Assembly: GCA_037384565.1 (NCBI GenBank)
Contig: JARRNW010000005.1
Location: forward strand, 1-34,659
DNA length: 34,659 nt
Source: Candidatus Thiodiazotropha sp.
GTDB lineage: Bacteria; Pseudomonadota; Gammaproteobacteria; Chromatiales; Chromatiaceae
Direction of reading: 5' to 3'
Shown in pieces: positions 1-12,000 of this stretch. Numbering within the stretch: position 1 is the stretch's first letter; each line of letters starts with the position of its first letter. Both the position numbers and the translations under genes were made by a program. The notes beneath the pieces were generated by a model. It had not been told where the DNA came from. It did no database searches and saw only the letters and a program-made list of their open reading frames with translations.

Positions 1-1
1 T

Positions 2-766
2 TCAAGATCTACTTGGTGGCGGAATCAATTTCATAATTTGCTTCCAGGTCAAGTTGGGACAGATAATACTTCAACAGTATTTGTTTCAGATACCGGCACA
101 CATAAAAATTACTTCTTATATAAGCATAACACTCTGACTGAGATACATAATCGAGGGTACAACGGTTCGTATGTAGAAGCTTATGGTCTGTCGTACTGGT
201 TGGTTGAAGAAAACACAGTTAGAAATAGTGACTCTAACGCCGGTTTTTTTGGAAAACAAACGGTTTCTTTTGCTACTACCAGAGCCAATGAAGCTTTTGA
301 TAATGTTGACGGCGAACAAATGGGTTTTGGATATAATACACCCACCGGCATGGGGACTCCCCATGATCAAGAAGTTTGCTGGAACAGAGTAAGGCTCCCC
401 CAAAATAATCAAGGGACAGTAGGTATGATGTGGGCGCACAATACTGCTTATAACGGGAAGCACTATAATTCTTACATATACAGAAATACCTTTGTTAATG
501 GTTCATCTTGGATTAGGTTCAAGGGTGCAGAAAATTATGAAGTTGAAGGGAATGTTGTTGTTAGCAATCTATTGTCAAGATGGGATACTTCTATAATGAA
601 TTCAACAATCCCAAATGTAACAGGTAAAGAGAGTGATGGTATTACTGATCAGAAAGGCTTGTTGACTGGACAGTATAGATTAGATTTTTTAGGTATAGTG
701 GGCCATGAGATATCAGATGTTTATGTAACCACACCAAAATCTGTAGAATCTTTGCGAATCGATTAA
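2..766 (+). CDS. Hypothetical protein, 3' part only (runs off the left edge); Asn/Gly/Thr/Tyr-rich, possibly an extracellular beta-helix protein
   Basis: The frame is open from position 2 (SRSTWWRNQFHNLLPGQ...) to TAA at 764-766, so the track's TTG at 38 is probably not the start. AT-rich. Recurring xxNx beta-strand-like motifs (LVEENTV, YIYRNTF, EVEGNVV). The fold is inferred only. Confidence 0.7.
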   Translation, partial: SRSTWWRNQFHNLLPGQVGTDNTSTVFVSDTGTHKNYFLYKHNTLTEIHNRGYNGSYVEAYGLSYWLVEENTVRNSDSNAGFFGKQTVSFATTRANEAFDNVDGEQMGFGYNTPTGMGTPHDQEVCWNRVRLPQNNQGTVGMMWAHNTAYNGKHYNSYIYRNTFVNGSSWIRFKGAENYEVEGNVVVSNLLSRWDTSIMNSTIPNVTGKESDGITDQKGLLTGQYRLDFLGIVGHEISDVYVTTPKSVESLRID

Positions 767-919
767 AAATGAAGGGCTTCTTTGTGGTGCTTCAATCCAC
801 TTTTTCTCTTATCAATCGAGATGCATGGGTGTCTCTAGCAGCTATTATGGAAACCAGGAGAAAGGAGTTCTCCGCAAGCGCAGATCCGTCTCCATGGTTT
901 GGGGGTTGAGTGACTTAGA

Positions 920-1915
920 CTATGCAAACAACTGCTGACAGGCTGATCACCCGGGACTTCTTCGATACCCAATATTGTTAATAAGCACGCTTGAGAGCGC
1001 TGGCCGTACCGACCAGCCCTTTGAATCGACTCTCAAAACTCTTCGTCAGATAGGACCGGTGCTGTGGATCAATTTGCAGGCGCTCCAGAATCGGGGGGAT
1101 ATCTTGAGCTATGGAGCCCCGTTTGTCCTCTCGAAGGATACGACCGGTCCAGTCAACCAGTTCGAGATAATCCGCCAGCTTGAAGGGCAGACCCTTGGGC
1201 ATCTCTTTCCGGGGGTTCCCTACGAACGACAGCAGATGCGCGGGTTGGTCTACATCCTTTTGAGTTTGATTCCCTGCTCCGCCTGCTTTTGCCGCAGCGA
1301 TGCGTTCTGCGATTGGGGTGTACTTCGAGGTTTCCGGTATTGGAGCCATTTTTACGCCTACCGGGTTCAATCCACATAGGTCAGCCAGCGCCTTCTCGTC
1401 CAGCAGGGTCTGAGATTTGAACCGCTCCACCCAGAATGGACCGGATCACCGGTTTTCCTGGTTGGCCTGGCGCGCCACGGATTCGTTGAGACGGCGCATG
1501 AACCAACTGATGTCCGAGAGCCGCTCCCGCCACTTTGACACCAGCTTACCCAATGCATCCCATTCGACGGGGGAGAGGTACTGACCGGATCGGTAGCGAT
1601 CCACCAGAGCCAAACCCTTAAACAGTTTTTGCCAGCGCTCGATCACCTCATCCAGGGTCCAGGTTTTTGCGGCATCGCGATCCACAACCAAGACAAGGTG
1701 ATAATGATTCGATATCAGGGTATAGCCACAGCAGTCAATCGAGAACGGCCAGTAAGTTCTTTGAGTCTATCTAGTATCCACTGACGTCGTTGGTCATAGC
1801 TTTTGTGGGGTAAAGGATCTGTATAACAGAGAATGGCCCGTCGCACGAAACGGCTCATGCAGTGTTGGTCGGGTAGTGTGCTTGTGTGGCGGATTTGCTA
1901 TGCCTTGGAGGTATC
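920..1915 (-). pseudogene. Frameshifted HUH/Y1 transposase (RAYT-like, IS200/IS605 superfamily)
   Basis: Reverse-strand pieces in different frames give HCMSRFVRRAILC, KSYDQRRQWILDRL, IDCCGYTLISNHYHLVL (HUH motif), WRERLSDISWFMRRLNESVARQAN, RFKSQTLLDEKAL, LNP, DYLELVDWTGR and a C-terminal GYRRSPG*SACQQLFA*. Several frameshifts and stops. The 5' boundary is approximate. Confidence 0.85.
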
Positions 1916-1934
1916 CAGTTGAATATGACCGGAG

Positions 1935-2265
1935 ACATTGAGGGTCAGACATGCGGGTGATGAATAGATGTCGATTCTTGGGCGCTTGCAATGAAACCAA
2001 AAATGGCAGCGCCAGGACCGTACCGCTATCAAAGCGGGCTGTTTGGGTGCTTCGTTAAACCGTCAGTCATTCTGTTAGGCCAAAGGGTGTAGAGCTGATC
2101 TTCTATGGGGAGCCGTGGCGTGATGGCAAGAGGCGTCTCTACAGGACTAATAAGGTTTGGTTTGAGGCTCTGCCGAGCGCCGGGATCACCAATCTTCGGT
2201 TTCATGACTTAGGGCATGAAGCGGTCTCTAGGTTGGTGGAAAAGTAGTTGTATGACTAGGAAGTT
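1935..2265 (+). pseudogene. Tyrosine recombinase (phage integrase family), C-terminal catalytic remnant
   Basis: Not in the ORF track. 1990-2058 reads NETKNGSARTVPLSKRAVWVLR*. About 2092-2247 reads ELIFYGEPWRDGKRR...AGITNLRFHDLGHEAVSRLVEK*. The HxLRH box has R>G, and the catalytic Tyr region is missing. Confidence 0.8.
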
Positions 2266-2765
2266 ATACAAGCCTTTCCGTACTAATTGGATAGATTGGC
2301 TGTGGATGGCCAGACAACCCAGCGCCGATTTTAATAATCAGTGTTTGTTTGGCGAAAATAATTGCTTGCTTACATTGAGTGTTTAATTAGTGCTCTTAAT
2401 AATGAATTTGGTTAGTAGGGCAGCAGTGAGGAAATATATATCTTGAAGTGTGAAGTAAAATGACAACACTAGTGATATTCTATTCGGGATTATTTCGATA
2501 CAGAGGAGATGCAATAAAATATTCGTTTGAGAGGCAGAGATATCACTTGTACACCAAAGCTGTAGGGTGTGCATTGAAGAAAATATAAAACACCATTTTT
2601 ATGCGTCAGAATAACTTGTCCTATGTTAAAGATTGATAACAAAACTAAAATCAGGTAGTGACAAGAGATGATGGCGGATAGAAAGTGAAAAACAGTAGAC
2701 AAGGAAACGACCATGCTAACGGAATTCATTCAATCATTATTGCTTCTAATAATATATTACTTCGA

Positions 2766-2786
2766 TAAATCGGTTTAACCGGTTTA
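2766..2786. promoter_or_regulatory. Candidate operator: two overlapping near-palindromes upstream of the NRPS
   Basis: TAAATCGGTTTA (2766-2777) overlaps TTAACCGGTTTA (2775-2786); CGGTTTA is repeated at 2771 and 2780. About 215 bp upstream of the NRPS start. Confidence 0.2.
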
Positions 2787-3001
2787 GCCAGCTACTACTC
2801 CCAATGTTGTAACTGCGCGCTTAGTACGTCGCAGAGCGTCTCTATCGTTCTTCAGAGGATTGTCTCTGAGGTAGGGCGACGTATTGCCACAGTTACTGCC
2901 ATATTCGATGTTAATGTCCAGATCAAAGAACGCGCTTCATAAGCTGTCGGCGTGAATGGCGTTTTCTGGATATTCGGGGAAGATGTGTGAGGTAAAGAGA
3001 A

Positions 3002-6000
3002 GTGAGTGAAGATTATGCTTTAACGTCTGTACAGCAGGTGATTTGGATGGACCAGATGTTGAGTCACCAATCGCCTTGTTATAACCTCGGTGCGATTCTG
3101 AAAATCGAGGGCCCTTTTGATAAAAATGTTCTGAATGCGGCATTCAGTGATGTCGTTAATGCCAATGATGCTCTGCGTATAGTAATTAGAAGTGAAGGCA
3201 ATACAGTTAGACAGTATGTGGAGCCGAACGTGAATGTTGAATTGGAATGCGTCGACTTTTCCGATGGTGCTGATGCGCGTGGTCATGCCAGGGATCATAT
3301 CTTGTCATTGTTCAATGCACCGTTCAAATTAGAAGGTGGTTTGCTTTGGAATGCGCAACTAGTAAGAGAGAGCGAAACGCTCGTCTACATGGTGAATTGC
3401 TATCACCATATTATTGTTGATGGCACGAGTGTATCTCTGATTTGTCAGGCGATTGCCGACCGATATAATCAGTATCTGAAGAACGAATCACACGACCAAT
3501 ATTCCGGCGTTTCTTATTTGAAATTTTTAAGAGACGATCAAAAATATCTCTCATCTTCGCGTTATGAACAAGATGCCGGTTATTGGCAATCCCGGTTTGC
3601 GATAATGCCTTCGCTTCTGTTTTCGCCAAGCGACAAAAGTAACCACGTTTTCACCAATTCGGATAGTAAGGTATTGCTGACCATCAAGCGCATCCGCTAT
3701 CGAGAGCTTAAAGCACTTTCGCATAAGTTTGGGTGCACCATAACCCATGCAATGACGGCTATTCTAGTGCTCTATTTTGCCCGTGTCTCTCGACTTGATG
3801 AGGTTGTGATTGGTATGCCGGTGCATAATCGGAGCGGTGCGCACCGCAAGCGTGCTATCGGGGTGTTTGCATCTGTCATTCCTCTCGGTGTCTCGGTTGA
3901 TGTGCAGATGTCATTTGATCAACTGATGAATCGCGTTGCTGGTGAGATGCGCCGCTGCTATCGCCATCAGCGTTTTCCTATTGCCGATATCAATCGTCTT
4001 TTACGACTAGCCCAGTCTGGCCGGCGCCAGCTATTCGATGTCATTTTTTCCTTTGAGGAGTTCCCCGTCAATCTTAATCTGGGCGAAACAAAAATTAATG
4101 TTCGCGCTATCCGTCACCGTTTTGAACAGACAACGCTAGCCATGCATTTGCAGGATTATCATCTGGACGGCGATGTCGTGATGGAGTTTAACTATGATCC
4201 CGATCTGCTGGAGCGGCCATTGGTCGAGGATATGTGCCAACGCATTGATCTGCTGATAAGCGCGGTCTTGAAAGAGGGAGGCGGTTGTCCTGTCGGTCAC
4301 TTGTCCTGGCTGAGGAACGAGGAGCGTCAGCAGGTTCTCTATGGTTGGAATGCGACGGCTGTCGACTATCCTAAAGAGCGTTTTTTTCACACCCTGTTTG
4401 AGCAATATGCGAAGGATAGGCCGCAGACTATTGCGCTTGTAGAGGGTGATACTGAATTCAGCTATGAGGTATTGAACCAGCAGGCGAACCGTCTGGCGCA
4501 CTACCTGCGGAAGCAAGGTGTGGTGCCGGACTCTCTGGTGGCGATCTGTATGGGGCGTTGCGCTTCGATGGTGGTGTCGTTGCTAGCGACCCTGAAGGCA
4601 GGTGGGGGCTATATGCCGTTGGATCCCAGTTATCCTCAGGAACGTTTGGCCTACATGCTTGAGGATAGCAAGCCGTTAATCCTGCTTATGGACTCGGTAG
4701 GCGAGAGGGCGCTGCGCGATGTTTTTTTGACTGGATACTGTGTCAATGTTCAAACGGCTGCTGCGCTTTGGGAAGGTCTTCCCGCTGACAATTTGTCGCC
4801 TGAGCGAGTTGGTCTTAGACCAAGACACTTAGCTTATGTTATCTACACTTCCGGCTCTACTGGCCGGCCGAAAGGGGTGATGGTCGAACACAGGAATTTA
4901 AACGGCTTGATCACCAAAGCAGCAGTTTTTGGTGTTCAGCCCGGTGATCGTATTTTGCAATTCGCCTCGCTGAGTTTTGATGCCAGTGTGGGAGAACTTG
5001 TTATGGCGCTGTGTAACGGAGGTTGCCTCTGTTTAGCCGAACGCGAAGCATTGGTTCCCGGTGATGCGTTGCTTGACACTTTGAGCCAACTGCGTGTTAC
5101 CCATATCATCTTGCCGCCGTCGGCTATGGTTTTGTGCAAACCAGAATATCTTCCGTCCTGTGTTAAGACGGTCATTTCGGGTGGTGAGGTCCTGGCTGTA
5201 CGTACGGCAAGAAGCTGGGCGAAACATGTTGGGTTGATCAATGCTTACGGACCGACCGAAATAACCTTGTTTGCAACATCTCAATTGTGTGGGCCGGATA
5301 GCTCTGATCCTGTACCGATCGGCCGGCCTGTTGCCAATGCGCGGATCTACATTCTCGACCGGGAGTGCCAGCCTGTGCCTGTTGGGGGTGAGGGGGAGAT
5401 CTATATTGGTGGCGATGGTGTGGTGCGGGGTTATCTGAATCGCCCGGGGCTGACCTCTGAGCGTTTTCTGCCCGATCCGTTCCAAGGTCATACTAAGTGC
5501 CGGATCTACAAGACGGGCGACCTTGGACGTTGGTGTGAGGATGGCAGCATCGAGTTTTTGGGGCGTAACGACCAGCAGGTCAAGATTCGGGGCTTTCGTA
5601 TCGAGCTGGGTGAGGTTGAAGCGGTGCTGGCAAAGGTGGAAGGGGTTGATGAGGCGGTTGTGGCTGCCAGGGAGGATGGGGAAGCGGGCCCAAGGTTGGT
5701 GGCCTACTACCTGGGGGACGAAGGGTTGGAAGTTGAGACGTTGCGCTCCACAGCGGTGCATTGCTTACCTGCCTACATGGTGCCATCGGCCTACGTGCGA
5801 CTGAGCGAGCTGCCGTTGACACCGAACGGGAAGTTGGATCGGAGAAGTCTGCCGGCTCCGGAGGAGGAAGCCTATGGGGAGCGGACCTATGAGCCGCCGC
5901 AAGGCGAATTGGAGACGAATCTGGCGCGTCATTGGAGCGAGTTGCTTCAGGTGTCGCAGATAGGGCGCCGGGACAACTTCTTCGAGCTGGGTGGTCACTC

Positions 6001-9000
6001 GTTGTTGGCGGTAAAGCTGGCCTCTCGGTTACATGCGGAGGGGTTGGTGATGGACATCGGTACGTTGTACCGAACGCCGACACTGTTCGAGCTGGCAGCC
6101 CACACATGTTGCATGAACGAGATCTCCGAAGCGCCGCCAAACCGGGTGCCGGAAGGCGCTGACGCCATCACGCCGGAGATGCTGTCCATGGTGTCGATGA
6201 GCCAGGTGTCGATTGACCGGATCGTGAAGCAGGTGGCGGGAGGCGCAGCCAATGTGGCGGATATCTATCCGCTGGGGCCGTTGCAGGAGGGCATCCTGTT
6301 TCACTCTTTGACGTCGCAGGGGCAGGACCCTTATCTGTTATCCGCCCGGCTGGGCTTTACGCAGCGTGCTGCTCTGGATCGTTTTTTGAATGCGTTGCAG
6401 CGTGTGATCGATCGCCACGATGTGTTGCGAACCAGTTTTTTCTGGGATGGGTTGGAGGAGCCGGTGCAGGTGGTGTGGCGCCAGGCCCGTCTCCCGGTAG
6501 CCTTTGTCGCATCCGCTACAGAGATGGCTTGCCTGGATATTGGGGAGGCGCCGTTGCTGCGTTGTCTGGTGAGCGAGGTGACGGGACACTGGGTGCTGAC
6601 GCTGCTTGTACACCACTTGGTTATGGACCATACCGCCCTGGACGTACTGCTTGAGGAGACTTGGGCTCTTGAGCATGATGAGGGGGTTGATCTGCCCGCT
6701 CCGGTACCCTATCGCGACTATGTGGCACAGGCTCGCTTGGGATTGAGCCAGGAGGCGCATGAAGCGTTTTTCAGTGAACTGCTGGGCGATATCGATGAGC
6801 CGACGGCGCCATTTGGGTTGCTGGATGTGCAAGGGGATGGTGGCGGATTGTCGGAGTTTCGGCAAGCGTTGTCGCCATCGCTGGCGATGGCGATACGTGT
6901 TCAGGCGCGGCGTTTGGGTGTGAGTGCGGCGAGCATCGCGCATCTGGCCTGGGGGCTGGTATTGTCACGCACGACAGGTAGGGCGTCCGTCGTATTTGGA
7001 ACGGTACTGTTCGGACGCATGCACGGTGGTAAGGAGGCGGAGCGTGGGTTGGGACTGTTTATTAACACGCTGCCGCTGCGGATTGATGTGGACGACCGGG
7101 GCGTCGAGGCGAGTCTCAAGGCGTTGCATGGCTTGCTTCTGGAGTTACTGCGCCATGAGCATGCGCCGTTGACCCTGGCGCAGCACTGCAGCGGACTGGC
7201 TGGGCAGACACCGCTGTTCAGCAGTCTGCTCAATTATCGCTACAGTGCGCCGGAAACCCTGGAAACGGACGTGGGGCGTGAGGTCGAGCTGCTCGAAGCG
7301 GTGGAGCGGACGAACTACCCGGTGAACCTCTCAGTGGATGATTTGGGTGAAGGTTTTGTGTTGACGGCTCAGGTGCTGGCACCTGTAAATGCACAACGCC
7401 TTTGCGCCTACATGGAGCAGGCGTTGGAACAGCTTGTTCTGGCCCTGGCGAGTGGGAGTACGGAGGGTGTGGCCGAGCTTGATATCCTGCCGCAAGCGGA
7501 GCGCCACAGGCTGCTTTACGAGTGGAACGCAACCCAGCGGGACTATCCAAAGGACCAGAGTGTGCCACAGCTCCTAGAGCAGTGGGCGATGCTGACCCCT
7601 GACGCCCTGGCGGTGATTGAGGGGGATCGTCACCTGACATATCGAGCGCTGAATGAAAGCGCCAATCGCCTGGCCCATGCCATGATCGCTGTTGGGGTTG
7701 GTCCGGGGGATCGGGTGGCCCTGGCCCTGCCGCGTTCGAGTGAACTCATCGTCGCCGAATTGGCTGTCCTCAAAGCCGGAGCACTCTATGTACCGCTGGA
7801 CGATGCACTTCCGCCGGTGCGTAGGGCCTTCATCCTAAATGACAGCGAAGCAAAATTGGTGGTGACCCGGCAAGCTCATGAGCTGCCCGGGATCGACAGG
7901 CAGCCTCTTTGTATCGCACTCGAGTCGTTGGATCTGGGGTCCTATCCCAAACAGGCGCCGGCCGTCTCCGTGGGTGGTGAAACGGGCGCCTGTGTCATGT
8001 ATACCTCCGGATCGACGGGGACCCCCAAAGGAGTGGTGATTACGCAGCGGGGAATTGTGCGTCTGGTGATCAACAACGGTTTCCTCGATTTCAGAGAGAA
8101 TGAGCGGGTGGCCGTTTCGGCCAACCCGGCTTTCGATGCCTCGACACTGGAGGTATGGGGAGCACTGCTCAATGGTAGTGTGGCGGTGGTGGTCGATGCC
8201 GATACTTTCCTCGATGCCTTCCGCCTGGCGGCGTTGATAGAGGCGCAGGAGATTCGTGTGCTGTTTCTCACCACGGCTCTTTTCAACCAATACAGCCAGG
8301 TGATTCCGCAGACCCTGGGTGGTCTGCGTTGTCTGCTCAGCGGAGGCGAGCGTGCCGATGTTGCCGCCTTCGCGCGGCTTCGGGCTTTGGGAGGGCCTCA
8401 GTATCTTTTCAACGGTTACGGCCCGACAGAAGTCACCACTCTCGCCCTGACCCATTGTGTAGTGGCGGTGGAGCCGGGGAGCGATACCATTCCCATCGGA
8501 CGGCCGATCGGCAATACCACCGCCTATCTGCTCGATGAGCGCCTGCGACCTGTCCCCATTGGAGTGGCGGGGGAATTGTACCTTGGAGGTGCCGGGGTGG
8601 CGCAGGGCTATCTGAACCGTCCGGCGTTGACGGCAGAGCATTTCCTAGAGAATCCGTTTCAACCCAACGACCGGGTCTACAGAACGGGTGATCTGTGCCG
8701 CTGGCAGGACGACGGCATCATGGAGTTTCTGGGGCGCAACGACGATCAGGTGAAGATCCGCGGCTTCCGCATTGAACCGGGGGAGGTCGAAGCGGTGTTA
8801 TGCGCAGTGGCGGGGGTCTCTGAGGTGGCTGTGGTGGTACGGGGTAAAGAGACCAATGCCCCCCATCTGGTGGCCTACTACACGGGAGATCCGTCGCTGG
8901 CGGTCGAGATGCTGCGTCTGGAGGCATCGCAGAGGCTGCCCGGCTACATGGTGCCGGTTGCCTATCTGTGGCTGGAAGCATTGCCGCTGACACCTAATGG

Positions 9001-12000
9001 AAAGCGGGACCTCAGCGCCTTGCCGGCACCGGATGAGGTGAGCGATGGGGTGCGGGATTATGAAGCGCCACAAGGTGCACTCGAAAGGCGTCTGGCACAG
9101 TTGTGGCAGGAGCTGTTGCAGGTGAAAAGGGTGGGTCGCCGGGACAACTTCTTCGAATTGGGCGGCCACTCACTGCTGGCGGTAAGGCTGGTTTCACGGT
9201 TGCGTGGCGAGGGGTTGGCGGTGGCTATCGGCGCATTATTCGAGCACCCCGAACTGGCCGAGTTGGCCGCTTGCCTGGATGCGGCATCCATCCCGCCGCG
9301 AGCCGCAATTCCGGCAGTGGATCGCTCGGGTCCCCTGCCGTTGTCGCCGATGCAGCAGCGTCTGTGGTTCCTTACTCAGATGGAGGGGGCGAGCCAGGCC
9401 TATCACATCAGTGGCGCCATCTCTCTGCGGGGACGCCTCGATCGGGGCGTATTGCAGCGGGCTTTGCAGCGTATTGTCGAGCGCCACGAGATCCTGCGCA
9501 CGCGCTTTGTATGGTTAGGAGGAGAGGGCGCTCAGATCGTGCGAGACGGAGCGGAGCCTCGGTTTGAATACCATGAGCTGGACGGGGAGCGTGAGGCCAG
9601 GCGTCTATCCGCGCGTCATGCCGGAGCAAGCTTCGATTTGACACTGGATCCTCCCTTGCGGGTCTTGCTGATACGTCTGCGGGAGGAAGAGCATGTGCTG
9701 CAGGTTGTGCTGCAACACATCGCCTCGGACGGTTGGTCGGTTGGCAGGTTCCTGGATGAGTTGAGCCAGCTCTATCAGGCGTTTCTGAACGACCAGGCAG
9801 ATCCGCTGCCGACGCTACCGATCCAGTATGGGGACTATGCGGTTTGGCAGCGTGAGCGATTGTCACCAGCGGTTATGGAGGCGGAGAGCCGCTTTTGGCG
9901 AGAACAGTTGAAAGGTGTGCCAGTGCGGTTGGAGTTGCCGTGGGACCGTCCCAGACCGGTGCAGCAATGCTATGAAGGGGCGAGTTTGTCGGTACGCCTG
10001 GAGGAGGGGTTGAGCGAACGTCTGCGTGCACTGTGTCGTCGTCAGGGAGTGACGCTCTATATGGCGTTGTTGGCGAGTTGGGGGGCGCTGCTGGGGCGGT
10101 TGAGTGGTCAGGACGAGGTCGTGATAGGAAGTCCGGTTGCAGGGCGTAACCAGGAGGAGGTCGAACCGCTCATCGGCTTTTTCGTCAACACTTTGGCGAT
10201 GCGGATTGACTTGAAGGGTGAGCCCGATGTCACGCAGCTGCTGCTCCGAGTCAAGGAGGCGGTGTTGTCGGCGCAGGCGCATCAGGATCTGCCGTTTGAT
10301 CAGGTGGTGGAAGTGCTGAAGCCGCCACGAAGTACAGCGTATGCACCGTTTTTTCAGGTGATGTTTGCGTGGCAGAGCGAACTGACGGGAGAACTGAAAC
10401 TGCCAAATGTGACCGTCGAGAGCTGGGAGGTGCCGGTAAATACGGCGCAATATGATCTGACTCTGTCATTGGAGGAGCGTGCCGGTGGGATAGAGGGAAG
10501 CCTGAACTATGCGACCGCACTGTTCGATCAGGAGACGGTTGAGCGCTACCTGAGGTATTGGCAACACGGTCTCGAAGCATTGGTGGCTGATGAGCAGGCT
10601 ATGGTTGCGCGGCTGCCCCTAATGTCGCCGCAGGAGGGGCGACAGCTGCTGTATGAGTTGAGCGGGGCAGAGCGTGACAGCTTGAAAAAAACATCGAGTG
10701 TACAAGCGTTCGAGCGCTGGGCGCATCGTACCCCCGATGTGGTGGCCGTGATCGACGGGGATCGCCGGCTGACCTATCAAGCACTCGATGAAAAGGCCAA
10801 TCGGTTGAGTCATGCCATGATCGCCGGGGGGGTTGTCCCGGGTGATCGGGTTGGTGTGGCTTTACCCCGTTCGATCGAATTGGTGATCGCGGAACTGGCT
10901 GTGCTTAAAGCGGGTGCCGCCTATGTGCCGTTGGACGATCTGCTTCCTGAAGCGCGTCAGATATTTATGCTCGAAGACAGTCAGGCCAAGTTGCTGCTGA
11001 CCAAGAGCGACAAAGTGTTGCCGGCGACAAGGCAACCGCTGAACCGTATTGACCTGGACCGGGTGGATTTGAGCCCCTATTCAGGGATGTTGCCCGCAGT
11101 GATGTCGGATAGCGAAGCGCCTGCCTACATCATGTATACCTCCGGATCGACAGGTACACCCAAGGGTGTGGTGACTCCGCAAGCAGGGGTCGTCCGTCTG
11201 GTGATCGACAATGGGTATCTTGATTTCAGGCAAGAGGAGCGCGTGGGTTTTGCGGCAACGCCGGCCTTCGATGCCTCGACATTTGAGGTCTGGGGGGCGT
11301 TGCTCAATGGCGGTGCTCTGGTGGTGGTGGATGCCGATACTTTATTGGAGGCGTCACGCCTCGCAGCCTTGATTGAGACTCGGAAAATCGGTGTGATGTT
11401 CTTCACCACGTCCCTCTTCAACCAGTATACCCTAGAGATTCCGCAGGCCCTTTGCCGCCTGCGCTGTCTGCTTTGCGGCGGTGAACGTGCAGATGCTGCC
11501 GCCTTTGCGCGTCTGCTCAAGAGCGATGCACCGCCTCGACTGCTTAACTGTTACGGCCCTACGGAAAGCACGACATTCGCTCTCACCCATACAGTCGAAG
11601 CGGTGGAGGAGGGTGATGTGACGATCCCCATTGGTCGGCCGATCGGCAATACCCGGGTCTATCTGCTCGATGAGTTTCTGCAGCCGGTACCGGTCGGGGT
11701 GGCCGGAGAGTTATACATCGGTGGCGCCGGAGTGGCGCTCGGTTATTTGAACCGCCCGGAACTGACAGCAGAGCGTTTTCTTGAGGATCCCTTCCAGCCG
11801 GGTGGGCGGCTCTACAGAACGGGGGATCTGGGGCGTTGGCGCTCGGATGGAAGCGTCGATTATCTCGGGCGCACTGATCAACAGGTGAAGATCCGGGGTT
11901 TTCGGATTGAGCCGGGAGAGATTGAATCGGTGCTGGTTGAGGCGGAAGGTGTCCGTGAGGCGGCCGTGGTGGTCCGTGGAGCGAGTGACAATAGTCCGGC

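Noticed and set aside
975-1379. 134-aa plus-strand ORF
   Set aside because: Antisense to the transposase pseudogene, which carries the family motifs.
2383-2729. Short hydrophobic minus-strand ORFs (63 and 79 aa)
   Set aside because: Hydrophobicity is expected from AT-rich DNA; no convincing RBS or motif.
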